In this document: piece by piece, positions 36,126-49,481 of the stretch | Position numbering within the stretch: the first letter of the stretch is position 1 | Layout: every line of letters starts with the position of its first letter | Source of the DNA: Eledone cirrhosa | Taxonomy: Eukaryota | NCBI GenBank assembly: GCA_964016885.1 | Contig: OZ024741.1 | Location: 413,974,001 to 414,038,000 of the forward strand | Direction of reading: 5' to 3' | Length of the DNA stretch: 64,000 nucleotides | Program-made: the position numbers and the translations under genes | Notes under the pieces: generated by a model | Database searches by the model: none | Seen by the model: the letters and a program-made list of their open reading frames with translations, nothing else | Told to the model about the DNA's origin: nothing

Positions 36126-37973
36126 AATTAAATAAATAAATAAAATTAAAATTAAAATTAAATTTAAATAAATAAATAAATAAATAAGTAAATAAATAAA
36201 TAAATAAATAAATAAATGAAATTAAATAAGTAAATAAATAAAATTAGATAAAATAAAATAAAATGAAATAAAGTAAATTGAGATAAGATATATATTTTTT
36301 TAGAATATATCTCTTGAATATATCAGGGGCCCACGAAGGCACTAAGTGTCACAGTCATCTGTATCACTTGACCATTTTTTTAAAATATATTTCTTGAAAA
36401 CATCAGGGGCCCACGAAGGCACTAAGTGTCACAGTCACCAGTATCACTTGACCATTGCAAGGCAATGGAGGCGTCCCAGGTTGGGCAGTCTCAAAAGTTC
36501 ACTCGAAAGTCACAGGTGTGCATTCACACAGTTGAGCGGTGGGGTAATCACAAACCGGTTCACACCCGGGCAGGAGTCCAATGGTCAAACAGAGGTGCAT
36601 CGAAGGAAGGTAGGAGAATTCACGTGCAGTAGCAAGCGAGGTGCAGGCGGGTTAGCCAAAGCAAGCAGACACAGTTGGAGCGCATACAAAAGATATATAA
36701 AAAGACAAAAGATATATAAAAAATAGCTTCAAGAGCCATGAAGTCACCGCATTGGGACATCACAAGATTGTACACATCAATATGTTCAGCACGTATATGC
36801 ACATATACACACCACATGCATATGCAGAGACGGTATACACATATATATATATATTTTTTTATATACAGACATATACAACCACCTACACCCATACACATAT
36901 AAATGTATACACAGACACACACACACAGCGTAGGACACCCGGGTCAAAGCTGATATTAAACACCGAAATACCACATTAGGCAAGACCCACCACCACGGAT
37001 AATACATTCAAAATAAATACATACGATGAGATGTAGTAAAATAAAGTTGAATTCCTACGGAGATAATCATGTCCGCACGTGCCATTGCCCGATTCAAGTG
37101 TACACAGACCGTTAGTAACTACGGATGGCTATCGGGGCCAAAACGTTACTTTCGGGATCATAACAACGACTGTATGTATTATCCGTGGTGGTGGGTCTTG
37201 CCTAATGTGGTATTTCGGTGTTTAATATCAGCTTTGACCCGGGTGTCCTACGCTGTGTGTGTGTGCGTGTGTGTCTGTGTATACATTTATATGTGTATGG
37301 GTGTAGGTGGTTGTATATGTCTGTATATAAAAAAATATATATATATATGTGTATACCGTCTCTGCATATGCATGTGGTGTGTATATGTGCATATACGTGC
37401 TGAACATATTGATGTGTACAATCTTGTGATGTCCCAATGCGGTGACTTCATGGCTCTTGAAGCTATTTTTTATATATCTTTTGTCTTTTTATATATCTGT
37501 TGTATGCGCTCCAACTGTGTCTGCTTGCTTTGGCTAACCCGCCTGCACCTCGCTTGCTACTGCACGTGAATTCTCCTACCTTCCTTCGATGCACCTCTGT
37601 TTGACCATTGGACTCCTGCCCGGGTGTGAACCGGTTTGTGATTACCCCACCGCTCAACTGTGTGAATGCACACCTGTGACTTTCGAGTGAACTTTTGAGA
37701 CTGCCCAACCTGGGACGCCTCCATTGCCTTGCAATGGTCAAGTGATACTGGTGACTGTGACACTTAGTGCCTTCGTGGGCCCCTGATGTTTTCAAGAAAT
37801 ATATTTTTAAAAAATGGTCAAGTGATACAGATGACTGTGACACTTAGGGCCTTCGTGGGCCCCTGATATATTCAAGAGATATATTCTAAAAAAATATATA
37901 TCTTATCTCAATTTACTTTATTTCATTTTATTTTATTTTATCTAATTTTATTTATTTACTTATTTAATTTCAT

Positions 37974-38012
<39 letters not shown>

Positions 38013-38079
38013 CTTATTTATTTATTTATTTATTTATTTAAATTTAATTTTAATTTTAATTTTATTTATTTATTTAATT

Positions 38080-38115
<36 letters not shown>

Positions 38116-38630
38116 TTACATTTAATTATATCTTATATTATATTATTTTACTTTAGTCTATTTTATTTTATTTTAGTTTACCTTATTTTATCTTATTTTA
38201 TGATTATATTATATTATGTTCTATTTTATATAATTTTAATTTTAATTTTATATTATTTTATTTCATTCCTTACCCTGTATCACTATTATCTGTATATTTT
38301 ATATTTTATATGTAAGTTTGTTATATATTTCTTTATATTTTCTTATATATATTATAAGTCTGTTTTTCACCTATTTTTTACCTACTCTTACCTAATCCTA
38401 TCTATCTTATCTACTCTTGTCTGTTCTCTTATCCATGTGTATGCTTGTATGTAACTATATGTTGACAGCACCCCGCCCAACTGTGACTGATAGCACCCCT
38501 TATTTTTCATTGTTTATTTTATTATTTTTATTTTTACTTTTACTTCCTTAATATACTTTATCTTCTATTATTTTTCATTCTTCAATGTCTTGGATTTGTT
38601 ATTGCTTGTATGGTATGTAATTAACCTTTA

Positions 38631-38676
38631 TGCTCTGATGAGTCCCACTTATAGTGCGGATGAAACAATGTTAGCA
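38631..38676 (+). ncRNA. Type I hammerhead ribozyme (H4)
   Basis: Identical to 24287-24332. Confidence 0.8.
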
Positions 38677-39098
38677 AGTAAAGATATGCATATGCTATAG
38701 GCGTTCTTTGTTATTTATTATATCACGGCTCTGTCCTCAGACATTGAGCTAACCTTATGCTGCCTGCTGGATAAGTGGAGTGTTATACACCCCTGATCCT
38801 CTCCCTAGTATACTATATATATATATATGTATATACATATATATATATAGTTGTTACCAGGAAATTGCCCAATATAGGTCTGTTATTTTTCTTAATTTAC
38901 AACTTAAAATTAAGTCTGACAAACCATCTTGCTGTAGTTAGTATTTTTTCACCCTAGCAAACCTAGTCCTTACAATTCGAACACATGTATGTTTATATTA
39001 GTGTTCATCTCTCTTGTTTATTCAATTATGTTACATAACTCAGAAAAGCTTTTTTCTTAGAGCATTTTAATTGTAAGAGACTACTCTGAGTTTCTAAC

Positions 39099-39137
<39 letters not shown>

Positions 39138-39153
39138 GTATGTATACGTATAC

Positions 39154-39190
<37 letters not shown>

Positions 39191-39280
39191 TATATGTACA
39201 TATATATATATGTATATATACCTATATATGTACATGTACATATATATATGTGTATATATTTATATAATAATAAAAAGGAC

Positions 39281-39441
39281 TCATCATCATCATCATCGTT
39301 TAACGTCCCTGTTCCACGCTTGCATGGGTTTGGACGGGAGTTTTCCCACTTGAGGCAAGAGTGGTTGTCTTGCTCGCATAGGACTGTCTGGCGGGTTTTC
39401 TACAGCTGGATGCCCTTCCTAACACCAACCACATTTACAGT
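39281..39441 (-). mobile_element. RTE family B 3'UTR fragment
   Basis: Matches 19441-19605. Confidence 0.8.
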
Positions 39442-39552
39442 ATATATATATATGTATATTTCGTTTTTAAATTTGTTTTACAAGATTTCTCATCTGAAAA
39501 CATGTTGAAACAGATATAGTTATACTTTGGTAGGGTCATGCTGCCAATAGAA

Positions 39553-39940
39553 ACACACACCTGTTGGTTTTCACTTCAATCTATTATAAATTTCCGGTTG
39601 GTTGGTTCGATAACTTGTTGTTTGTTGTTTATATATTGTCAAAGTTCTTTCTTCACACATTCATTGACCTCCTCAGTGACAAGGTTTTTGTTTTGTGTCC
39701 CTCCTTTGTTCTGTCCTACACCAACGTGTGTGTTGTGCGTAGTGTGTTCTAAAAAGTAAAACAAGATGGTGTAGGACAGAACAAAGGAGGGACACAAAAT
39801 AAAAACCTTGTCACTGAGGAGGTCAATGAATGTGTGATGAAAGAACTTTGACAATATATAAACAACAAACAACCATTTAGTTATCGAACCCACCAACCGG
39901 AAATTTATAATAAATTGAAGTGGAAACCAATAGGTGTGTG
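39553..39940. repeat. Inverted repeat (~170-bp arms, 43-bp spacer) with a hammerhead-like motif in each arm
   Basis: Arms 39553-39723 and 39767-39940. TTGTCA CTGAGGA GGTCA..TGAT GAAAG AA CTT TGACAA at 39808-39854(+), with a mirror copy at 39636-39682(-). Confidence 0.8.
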
Positions 39941-41599
39941 TATATATATATATATACGTATATATATATACATATATATACGTATGTATATATACATATA
40001 TGTATATATATACATATGTATATATATAACAGAGTAAAGAGAGAAATACACACACACACATATATATGTGTGTGTGTGTGTGTGTTATAAGGGAATATTG
40101 TTAGTTTTTAATTCAACATTTTAATTTGATATATTGAGTTCCTGTTCTTTAAGTAGAGCTGTATTATTTTGACTGATTCTGGGCTGCTATTTTTAGTAGT
40201 TTCCTATTCTGGCCACCATTTACGTATGTGTCTTATGTATGTGTCTTTCCTCTCTTATCACACATGCGCTTTTAGTCTTCTAATTATTATTTAGTTGTGA
40301 AATATTTTTCAAATCACACCTACTGACGAGCAATTCCTCATCTCTTCACTTGAACAGTTCTATCTTGAACTTGTATCGATGTTAATAGTTATTGTAATTG
40401 GTTTGTATACTTTGATTTATTCATTTAATTAATTTGTATAAACCATTCTATCCATATTCTTCACCCTGATCGTTTTATATCCCTTATTATTTCAACACAC
40501 ACACACACATATATATGTATATATATATTTACATACAAATATATATATAAGCTACATTTTGACATAACTTTCATCCTCAGATATCTCGAGATCCTAAATA
40601 GAAGGCCAATTTCATTCAGGGATTCCCAAGATCTCATATGGAAGACTGATTTCATCTAGGGTTTGGCCAAAATATTGAACAGAAGGCTGATTTCATTCAG
40701 GGATTCCCAATATTTTGATAGCTGGAGAGAAACTTGTCTTCTATACTAATGAATATATGTACCCATGTATTTGCAAAGAAGCATGCTCTGATACTAACAA
40801 TTCATTATAAAAATAACATATATTTATTTATGTAAAGGCATAGAAATGTTGGGGAAAACTGTTTAAAAACTGATTATTTGAAAAGAAGAAACACTTTTTA
40901 ACCGTAACTATGTTAACTACATTTATTTATTTAATTCTATTTATTTATTTCAATTTTATTATGACTAACCTTTTGAAATTTAAATAACTCTAGTCTGGAA
41001 AAAAATAATTCAATGTTTCAATTTAGACATAAAAAAAAAATGTTTAAATAAATAATTAAAAAAATCAATACTACAAAACAAATCTGTTTTTGTTGAAATT
41101 TATTTTGTTTTTTGTATATTTTGTTAAGCAATGTGTTAGGATATTTCTAATGAAACACGCTGTCTCTGATTTTCTCTTCAAATAACAGCTGTGGAGTTAA
41201 ATAGTTTTACCCGCAAGCATGAGGTCCTCAGTTTCATCCTACTGTGGAGCATTTTTGGTGTATTTACTATAGTTTCGAGTTAATCCAAACCTTGTGAGTG
41301 AAATTTAGTAGATGGATGCTGTATAGAAGTCTGTTATATGGATAGAGTACCTTCAATCCATAGGTTCAGCAAAATACTTTCATTTATGTTACTTCTGTCC
41401 ACTCAACTGTAAAAATAGGAGCTGAAGTAAAAGCTGTATTGAACTCGTGTCTAGTTCTGAAAAGAATCGCATCTTGTCATTTATTTGCTTGTGACACTGA
41501 ATATGTATCATATGTCAACATGAAGATCAATATAGCCTACAGAGAAATATATATTGACATAAAAATCAATGATTGCTTGTGTTGTGCGAGGAGTTTAAC

Positions 41600-41935
41600 C
41601 CTGTAAATGGTGTCCTGTCGGGAGTCTTCTACCCTCAGTCGCCCTCTATCACAGGCTGTCCCATGCCAGCTCCTCTGCATCCTCCAAGGTGAGATCAAGC
41701 CTCCTGAGATCTTCCCTGATGACATCCAGCCATCTGGTGTGGGGCCAGTCACAAGGCCTCTTCCAACCTGCAGTTGCTGCGTTGAACAAGAGGCGCTGGT
41801 TCCTGGTAGGATGATCTGGTGGCAGGTAGAAAACATGTCTGTACCAGTGCATGCAGCAGATAGCTATGTGGCAAGAAACTGTGGGCTGATCCATGGGCAC
41901 ATGCAACACTTTGTTGCAAACGTGGTGGTACCATC
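41600..41935 (-). pseudogene. Degenerate RTE C-terminal relic
   Basis: HWYRHV..LPPDHPTR..GWKRPCDWPHTRWLDVIREDL. Confidence 0.65.
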
Positions 41936-42279
41936 TGGTGGTATTGGAAACATGGTGGTGCCATCTGCATTTGATAATAAACCAGTAAAATCTAATGAAA
42001 AACAATCATTTGGAAATTTATTTTTATTTTCAAATAAAAAAATATTTGAGAAAAAAAATGTTTTACAAGTCGTTCCAAAATCTTAGCATTAAAATTAAAA
42101 TTTCACAGAAAAATAAAAATAATAATAATAATGTTTCTACTTTTGGCACAAGGCCAGCAATTACCCCTACAGCATTACTGGTACTTTATTTTATCGACCC
42201 CGTTATCAGCAGCAGTTAAGATTTTGACAACTCCATTGAAAAGAGTTAAAATGTAAAAAATATTTTCACAATTTTCATA

Positions 42280-42311
<32 letters not shown>

Positions 42312-42557
42312 CCGAACTTAAATTCATAGAAATCTGGGACTTGTCTCCTTCTTCCTCACCATTTTGTTTGTTTACCCTTGCGTCCCCTTTATTTACGTGT
42401 CCCAACAACTTTTTTTAGCCGTTGCTCGCACCAACCGGAGGTATATGGTTTTTAAAGCGATGAAATGCCTATGATAGTTGGAAGATCACTGATGAAGGAC
42501 AAACTTTTTTCATATGTAACCCATTTGCAACTCCGCAGCGCCCTTATTATCATATTT

Positions 42558-42625
<68 letters not shown>

Positions 42626-42719
42626 CCCCAAAATGATTATCTAAAAATCTTCTATCATAATTTTATATAAGAAATTTTCTTAATACCAGATAAACGAGAA
42701 AATTAGTTATATTACTAAT

Positions 42720-42970
42720 TTAGAAATATAACAAATATAATTTAGTAATATATTACTAAGTTATAAAACTAGTTTAGTAATATAACTAGTTTAGTAATAC
42801 ATTACTAAACTAGTTATACAACTGGTTTAGTAATATATTACTAAATTAGTTATACAACTGGTTTAGTAATATATTACTAAATTAGTTATACAACTAGTTT
42901 AGTAATATATTACTAAATTAGTAATATATTACTAAATTAGTAATATTACTAAATTAGTTGTATTACTAAA
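42720..42970. repeat. AT-rich minisatellite with a palindromic core (TAGTAATATATTACTA)
   Basis: Repeated TTTAGTAATATATTACTAAATTAGTTATACAACT units. Confidence 0.75.
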
Positions 42971-43083
42971 TACCTCCAAATTCTTGCTTATTTTTGTAAT
43001 ATACTCAAAATCATGTAAAAAGATGGTAACAAAAGGATAAAAGACCATATATTTATATACATATAAATATATATATATATACA

Positions 43084-43115
<32 letters not shown>

Positions 43116-43206
43116 CATATATATATACATACATATATATACACATACATACATATATATACACATACATACATATATATACACATACATACATATATAT
43201 ACATAC

Positions 43207-43237
<31 letters not shown>

Positions 43238-43240
43238 GAC

Positions 43241-43271
<31 letters not shown>

Positions 43272-43275
43272 CATA

Positions 43276-43611
43276 TCATCATCATCATCATTTCATTTTA
43301 CGTCCGCTTTTCCCTGCTTGCAATGGTGGGACTGGAACTGATTCTGGCTTGATTTCTACAGCTGGATGCCCTTCCTAACACCAACCTCATTTACAGTGAG
43401 TGCTGGGTGCTTTTTTTTTGCCGTAGCACCTCCACGACCACTTTGCAGTGGAATGATATGAACCCCAGTCCCTATCATCTCATTTCTACAGCTGAGTAAA
43501 CTGGATCAATGTGAAATAAAGTGTCTTGCTCAAGGAAACAACACATCACCCGGTCTGAGAGTTGAACTTACAACCTTTCGATTGCAAGGCCAATGCTCTA
43601 ACCACTGAGCC
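43276..43611 (-). mobile_element. tRNA/RTE-tail SINE
   Basis: Reverse complement of the 816-1140 family. Confidence 0.85.
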
Positions 43612-43802
43612 ATATACATACATATATATACACATACATATATATACATATATATACATACATACATATACATACATACATATATATATATACATACATA
43701 TATATATACATACACATATATATACATACATATATATATATATACATACATACATATACATACATATATATATATATACATACATACATATACATACATA
43801 TA

Positions 43803-43834
<32 letters not shown>

Positions 43835-45398
43835 AAAGTAAGCCACTCTACCTGGCATTCGTTGATCTTGAGAAAGCCTTTGACAGAGTTCCACGTGCTA
43901 TAATCTGGTGGGCTCTTAGAAAACTAGGAGTAGATGAATGGCTTGTGAAAGCTGTACAAACCATGTATAGGGGAGCAGTCAGCAAAGTTAGGATTAGCAA
44001 TGAGTATAGCGAGGAATTTAGCGTACAGGTTGGGGTCCACCAGGGCTCTGTTCTTAGCCCTCTCCTGTTCATCATATTCCTGCAGGCAATAATGGAGGAG
44101 TTTAAGACCGGATGCCCATGGGAACTCCTGTATGCTGATGACCTCGCACTTATAGCTGAATCTATGGTAGAACTAGAGAAGAAATTCCAAACTTGGAAGC
44201 AGGGACTAGAAAGAAAGAGTCTCAAAGTCAACATGACAAAGACTAAGGTCCTTGTAAGTAGACGAGAAGACAGAGCCCAGATCCTCTCAGGGAAGTGGCC
44301 TTGCTCAGTATGTAGGAAAGGTGTAGGTAGGAACTCCATTCTCTGCCCCAAATGCAAACAATGGGTACACAAGAGATGTAGCGGGATCTCAGGAGTCTTA
44401 ATTAAGAATGTAGGCTTCACATGCAGCAGCTGTGTTGGGATAGCAAGCAGAAAACAGCCACAGGAAACAAGTACCACCAATCTCTGGGAGGGCTCTGTAA
44501 AACAGTAGGCAGCTTCTGCTACCTAGTTCTGCTGACCGAATTAGCAGCGGAGGTGGGTGTTCAGAACATACAATAACTAGGGTAAGAACGGGATGGAAGA
44601 AGTTTAGGGAACTACTACCAGTGCTAGCTGCAAAAGGCTTCTCCCTCAAAACGAAAGGCAGACTGTATGATGCGTGTATCCGAACAGCGATGTTGCATGG
44701 TAGTGAGACCTGGCGCTGAAGGTGGAAGACTTACGTAGATTAGAGAGAAACGAAGCCTGTATGCTCCGATGGATGTGTAACAGTAATATACGCGAACGAC
44801 AAAGCATAAATGAATTGAGAGAGAGACTGAGCATAAGAGGAATCAAATGCTGTGTGCAGGAGAGGCGGTTGCGTTGGTATGGACATGTAATGCGTATGAA
44901 GGATGACAGCTGCATAAAAAGGTGCAGAGCACTAGAAGTCGATGGAAACCGCGGAGTGGGGAGACCCAAGATGACCTGGGATGAGGTGATAAAAGCCGAC
45001 CTTACCCAATTACACCTCTCAAAGGTGATGACACACGACCGTGACCTCTGGCGTCACGCAGTAATACAGAGTACCCGACCTCCCATAGGAACAAGCTGAA
45101 GCATATAGACAATATGCCCCGACACCCCCCACTGCAAGGTGGTCGTGGAGGTGTCACGACAAAAAAGCACCCAGCCCACACTGTAAAGTGGACGTGTAGG
45201 CGCCACGAAAAAGCACCCATCACTCACTGTAAATGAGGTTGGTGTTAGGAAAGGCATCCAGCTGTAGAAATCAAGCCAAATCAGTTCCTGTATGAGCAAG
45301 GCATGGTCAGCCGACCAGACACTGCCCACAACAGGACAACCCGTCTAACCCATGCTAGCATGGAAGAACGGACGTAAAACGGTGATGATGATGATAAT
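43835..45398 (+). mobile_element. 5'-truncated, frameshifted RTE family A copy
   Basis: Matches 16560-18120 with substitutions and indels. Confidence 0.9.
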
Positions 45399-45559
45399 GA
45401 TATATATACATACATATATACATACATATATATATACATACATATATATATACATACATATATACATATACATATAGATATACATACATATATACATATA
45501 CATATAGATACATACATATATATATAGATACATACATAAATATATACATATATATATAG

Positions 45560-45593
<34 letters not shown>

Positions 45594-45843
45594 ACATACA
45601 TATATATACATATATATATACATACATATATATACATATATATATACATACATATATACATATATATATACATACATATATACATACGTATATACATACA
45701 TATATATACATATATATATACATACATATATACATATATATATACATACATATATACATATATATATACATATCTATATACATACATATATACATATATA
45801 TATACATACATATATACATATATACATATATATATATATACGC

Positions 45844-46044
45844 TATCGCCGTATTTTGACTAAAAAATTAAAGAAATTATTTTAGCCTGATAGTGGGGTT
45901 AAGAACCCCCAGAGAAATGGAAAAAGATGAGTATTGACGTACATGTACGTCAATTCTCATCTTTTTCCATCTCGCCGAGGGTTCTTAACCCCACTATCAG
46001 GCTAAAATAATTTCTTTAATTTCTTTAGTCAAAATACGGCGATA
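45844..46044. repeat. ~200-bp spacerless palindrome
   Basis: TATCGCCGTATTTTGACTAAA.. / ..TTTAGTCAAAATACGGCGATA, centred on TTGACGTACA|TGTACGTCAA (45943/45944). Confidence 0.9.
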
Positions 46045-46454
46045 ACTTACATTTCTAATAATTTCAAACCAACTCGCTGTTTCGAAAATATTCTTACTTG
46101 ATATATATATACATATATTTATATATATTTATTAAAATAACAGATTAAAGTTATTTTAATAAATATTTGCTCTACGGTTCTTATATATTTGATATATATT
46201 TATCCTTATCGAGCCCTCTTTGGATTTTAGTCTTCAAATTTATTATTATATATATACATATATATATATATATACATATATATAGATACATACATATATA
46301 TATATATACACATATATATATATATATATATATACATATATATACATACATATACATACATGCATACATACATACATACATAGATGTATATATATATATA
46401 CATACATACATACATAGATGTATATATATATACATACATACATACATAGATGAT

Positions 46455-46486
<32 letters not shown>

Positions 46487-46855
46487 CATACATACATAGA
46501 TGTATATATATATATACATACATACATAGATGTATATATATATATACATACATACATACATAAATGTATATATTATTATATATACATACATACATAGATG
46601 CATATATATATACACATACATAGATGTATAGATGCATATATATATATATATACATAGATGTATAGCTGCATATATATATATATATACATACATAGATGTA
46701 TATATATATATATACATACATAGATGTGTATATATATATATATATATATACACAGATGTATATATATATATATATACATACATAGATGTGTATATATATA
46801 TACATACATAGATGTGTATATATATATATATATGTATATATATATACATACATAG

Positions 46856-49135
46856 ATGTATATATATATATATATACATACATACATGCATACATACATA
46901 CTAATATTCTATCGGAGGTATCTAACTGACCTCTACCAACAAGTTCTTAGGGGAGATACACTTATACCAGAATGGTTGACATTAGCACAAACGTTACTGG
47001 TCCCCAAGAACAAAGACACCCACTTGGCAAAAAACTACCGACCCATTGCATGCCAGAACCTGATGTATAAGATGTATACGGCCTGCCTGAACCTATTCCT
47101 CCAAGATCACTGTGAAAATAATAACATCTTCACAGATGAACAAGCAGCTGGAAAGAAAAGGGTTTGGGGATGTGCTGAACAACTCCTAATCAACAAAACT
47201 GCGATGTCGGAGGTGCGACAATTTAGGAGGAATATGTCTACAGTCTGGCTGGACTACAAGAAAGCTTTCGATTCTGTTCCCCACTCTTGGATGATAGAGG
47301 CCCTCCAACTTGCTAAAGTCCCAGACATTATTGTCAGAGCCATAGAGAGGCTGTCTTCTTCTTGGGCTACTATCCTAAGGTTAAAGACAAAGAGGGAGGA
47401 CTCTATTTTCACTGATAAAATAAAATATTGCAGGGGTATATTTCAGGGGGACAGTCTCTCTGTGATTTTGTTCATCTTGTCATTAAACCCCTTGTCCTTT
47501 CTGCTCAAGAAATGTGAGGGATACATCATTGGCTCACAGGAGGACAGAAATACGAACCTAACCCATAACTTCTTTGTGGACGATCTGAAACTCTATGCCA
47601 AGAACATGGATGGGATGAAGAAAAATCTTGACCTGGTTACAACATTCTCAAAGGATATAGGAATGGAGTTTGGCCAAGTTAAATGCTCATACATGACTGT
47701 AAAGCGGGGAAAAACAACAACCCAATCTAGCAACATTGTCATCAATGGTCTGTTTCACCGATATCTGATGAGGACTGCTAGATACCTGGGGATAGATGAG
47801 AACATATCCTATAATGGTATCTGTAATAAGCAACGCGTAACCAGGGAATACTACACCCGATTAAGAAAGATCTGGTCATCGGAACTCTCTGCGCAAAACA
47901 AGACAGTGGCTCACAATGTGTTTGTTGTGCCTGTCCTAACACCAACGTTTGGAATACTCAATTGGACGGTAGACGAAATCCGAGCAGTTGATGTTGGAAC
48001 TCGAAAAATACTGAACAACACCGGAAACTTCCACATCAACAGTGACATAGACCGCCTTTACTTGAAACGTAAGCAGGGAGGCAGAGGCCTAATATTAGTC
48101 CAGACAACATTTGAATGTCGTATCATATCTCTCCGACAACATCTACGAACCTCGAAGCGTAGGAGCCCGCTTCTCGAGCAAGTCTATCTGCATGAAACAG
48201 ATAAGATCATGAGAGTTGGGAAGGAACTCCTTGAGAGATATTCCCTGTGTGATAATCAAAATCTCACACCCAGGGATGTCGCTCAGCAGTATCGCAGTGA
48301 ATCCATGGATGAAAAACTGCATGCCTATCAGCAAAAAATCATGCATGGATATGTTGCCAGGAAGCTCCAGAGTGAGAGTAATATAGATAAGGAAATTAGT
48401 CTATCTTGGACCAACAACCGCTATATTGGCTCCCACTTTGAAGGATACGCTTTTGCAATCCAAGAACAGGAGATTAGCACGAAATACCTGATTCACAAAA
48501 GAGATAGGGATGCAGGCAAAACACCTAGATGTGATAACAAGTGCAGACTCTGCAGAACTAACATCGAGGATATCACCCATGTCATCAGCAGCTGCCCAAA
48601 GATGTCATCGCGGTACTATCTACCTATGAGGCATGATGTAGTGGCCAAAACACTGTACAATGCAGTTCGTAAAAAAGATAGCCCCGATAACAAACACATT
48701 AAAAGCTACAACAATGTGGAAGACATCCATGTACATAATATGAAAGAGTACTGGTGGAATGTTCCTGTAAAAACCCCAATAAAATGCAGGCATAACAGAC
48801 CAGATATTATGATATGGGACAGGGAGAAGAAAACATGCACAGCAGTGGAAATTAGCTGCCCAGCAGATGCCAATATAATATCAAAGATTAGTGAAAAGGA
48901 GAATATTTATGCAGAACTGATGAGAAATCTGCAGATACTCCACCCTGATTACACCTTCAGATTTATGCCTGTGATTATTGGGGCACTGGGATATGTTAGT
49001 AACTGCCTCAATACAAATCTTGAGAAGCTAGGCTTCACAGGAACAGAAAGAACACAACTAGTTAGGAAATTACAAGTACAATCCATTAATGGAACAGTAA
49101 AAATATGTAAAACATTCCAAAAATTTTGCATCTAA
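46856..49135 (+). CDS. R4/Dong-like RLE retrotransposon ORF (RT, CCHC knuckle, restriction-like endonuclease). The 5'-truncated element spans ~46900-49363.
   Basis: [58 protein letters not shown]. The first ~15 codons are microsatellite read-through. Confidence 0.88.
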   Translation: MYIYIYIHTYMHTYILIFYRRYLTDLYQQVLRGDTLIPEWLTLAQTLLVPKNKDTHLAKNYRPIACQNLMYKMYTACLNLFLQDHCENNNIFTDEQAAGKKRVWGCAEQLLINKTAMSEVRQFRRNMSTVWLDYKKAFDSVPHSWMIEALQLAKVPDIIVRAIERLSSSWATILRLKTKREDSIFTDKIKYCRGIFQGDSLSVILFILSLNPLSFLLKKCEGYIIGSQEDRNTNLTHNFFVDDLKLYAKNMDGMKKNLDLVTTFSKDIGMEFGQVKCSYMTVKRGKTTTQSSNIVINGLFHRYLMRTARYLGIDENISYNGICNKQRVTREYYTRLRKIWSSELSAQNKTVAHNVFVVPVLTPTFGILNWTVDEIRAVDVGTRKILNNTGNFHINSDIDRLYLKRKQGGRGLILVQTTFECRIISLRQHLRTSKRRSPLLEQVYLHETDKIMRVGKELLERYSLCDNQNLTPRDVAQQYRSESMDEKLHAYQQKIMHGYVARKLQSESNIDKEISLSWTNNRYIGSHFEGYAFAIQEQEISTKYLIHKRDRDAGKTPRCDNKCRLCRTNIEDITHVISSCPKMSSRYYLPMRHDVVAKTLYNAVRKKDSPDNKHIKSYNNVEDIHVHNMKEYWWNVPVKTPIKCRHNRPDIMIWDREKKTCTAVEISCPADANIISKISEKENIYAELMRNLQILHPDYTFRFMPVIIGALGYVSNCLNTNLEKLGFTGTERTQLVRKLQVQSINGTVKICKTFQKFCI

Positions 49136-49415
49136 TAACTGCATCTACACATGTACAGATACAAAGCATATACACATGCACACATACAACTCAAAACATA
49201 CACATACACACATACAATAACATCCATATCTATGCATGCAGACATACATACATATCTACCTAGTTGATGTTGTGTAAATTCCAATGAGAGAGTTTTGTGT
49301 CTATGTTAGAAACCGACTCTCTCTCTATTGGTAAAACTTTGGGAAATTATAAAACCAGAAGAACATATATACATGCATACATACACATGCATACATACAT
49401 ACATACATACATACA

Positions 49416-49449
<34 letters not shown>

Positions 49450-49481
49450 CATGCATACATACACATACATACATACATATA

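Larger units (their letters stand above)
35490..38815 (+). mobile_element. Fold-back non-coding hammerhead element, family H4 copy 2
   Basis: Arms ~35490-37007 and 37174-38721 are near-perfect reverse complements around a 166-bp spacer. HHR in each arm, right-only tail 38722-38815, (TA)n flanks. Confidence 0.88.

Noticed and set aside
36346-37843. Mirror-image ORFs of 126-166 aa in the H4 fold-back as Penelope RT/GIY-YIG remnants
   Set aside because: No recognisable motifs. They are duplicated only because of the inverted repeat.
40320-40360. CTGACGAGCAATT as a hammerhead
   Set aside because: No closing stem II, GAAA or NUH downstream.
42489-42515. CTGATGAAGGACAAAC as a hammerhead
   Set aside because: No GAAA core or stem I/III partner.
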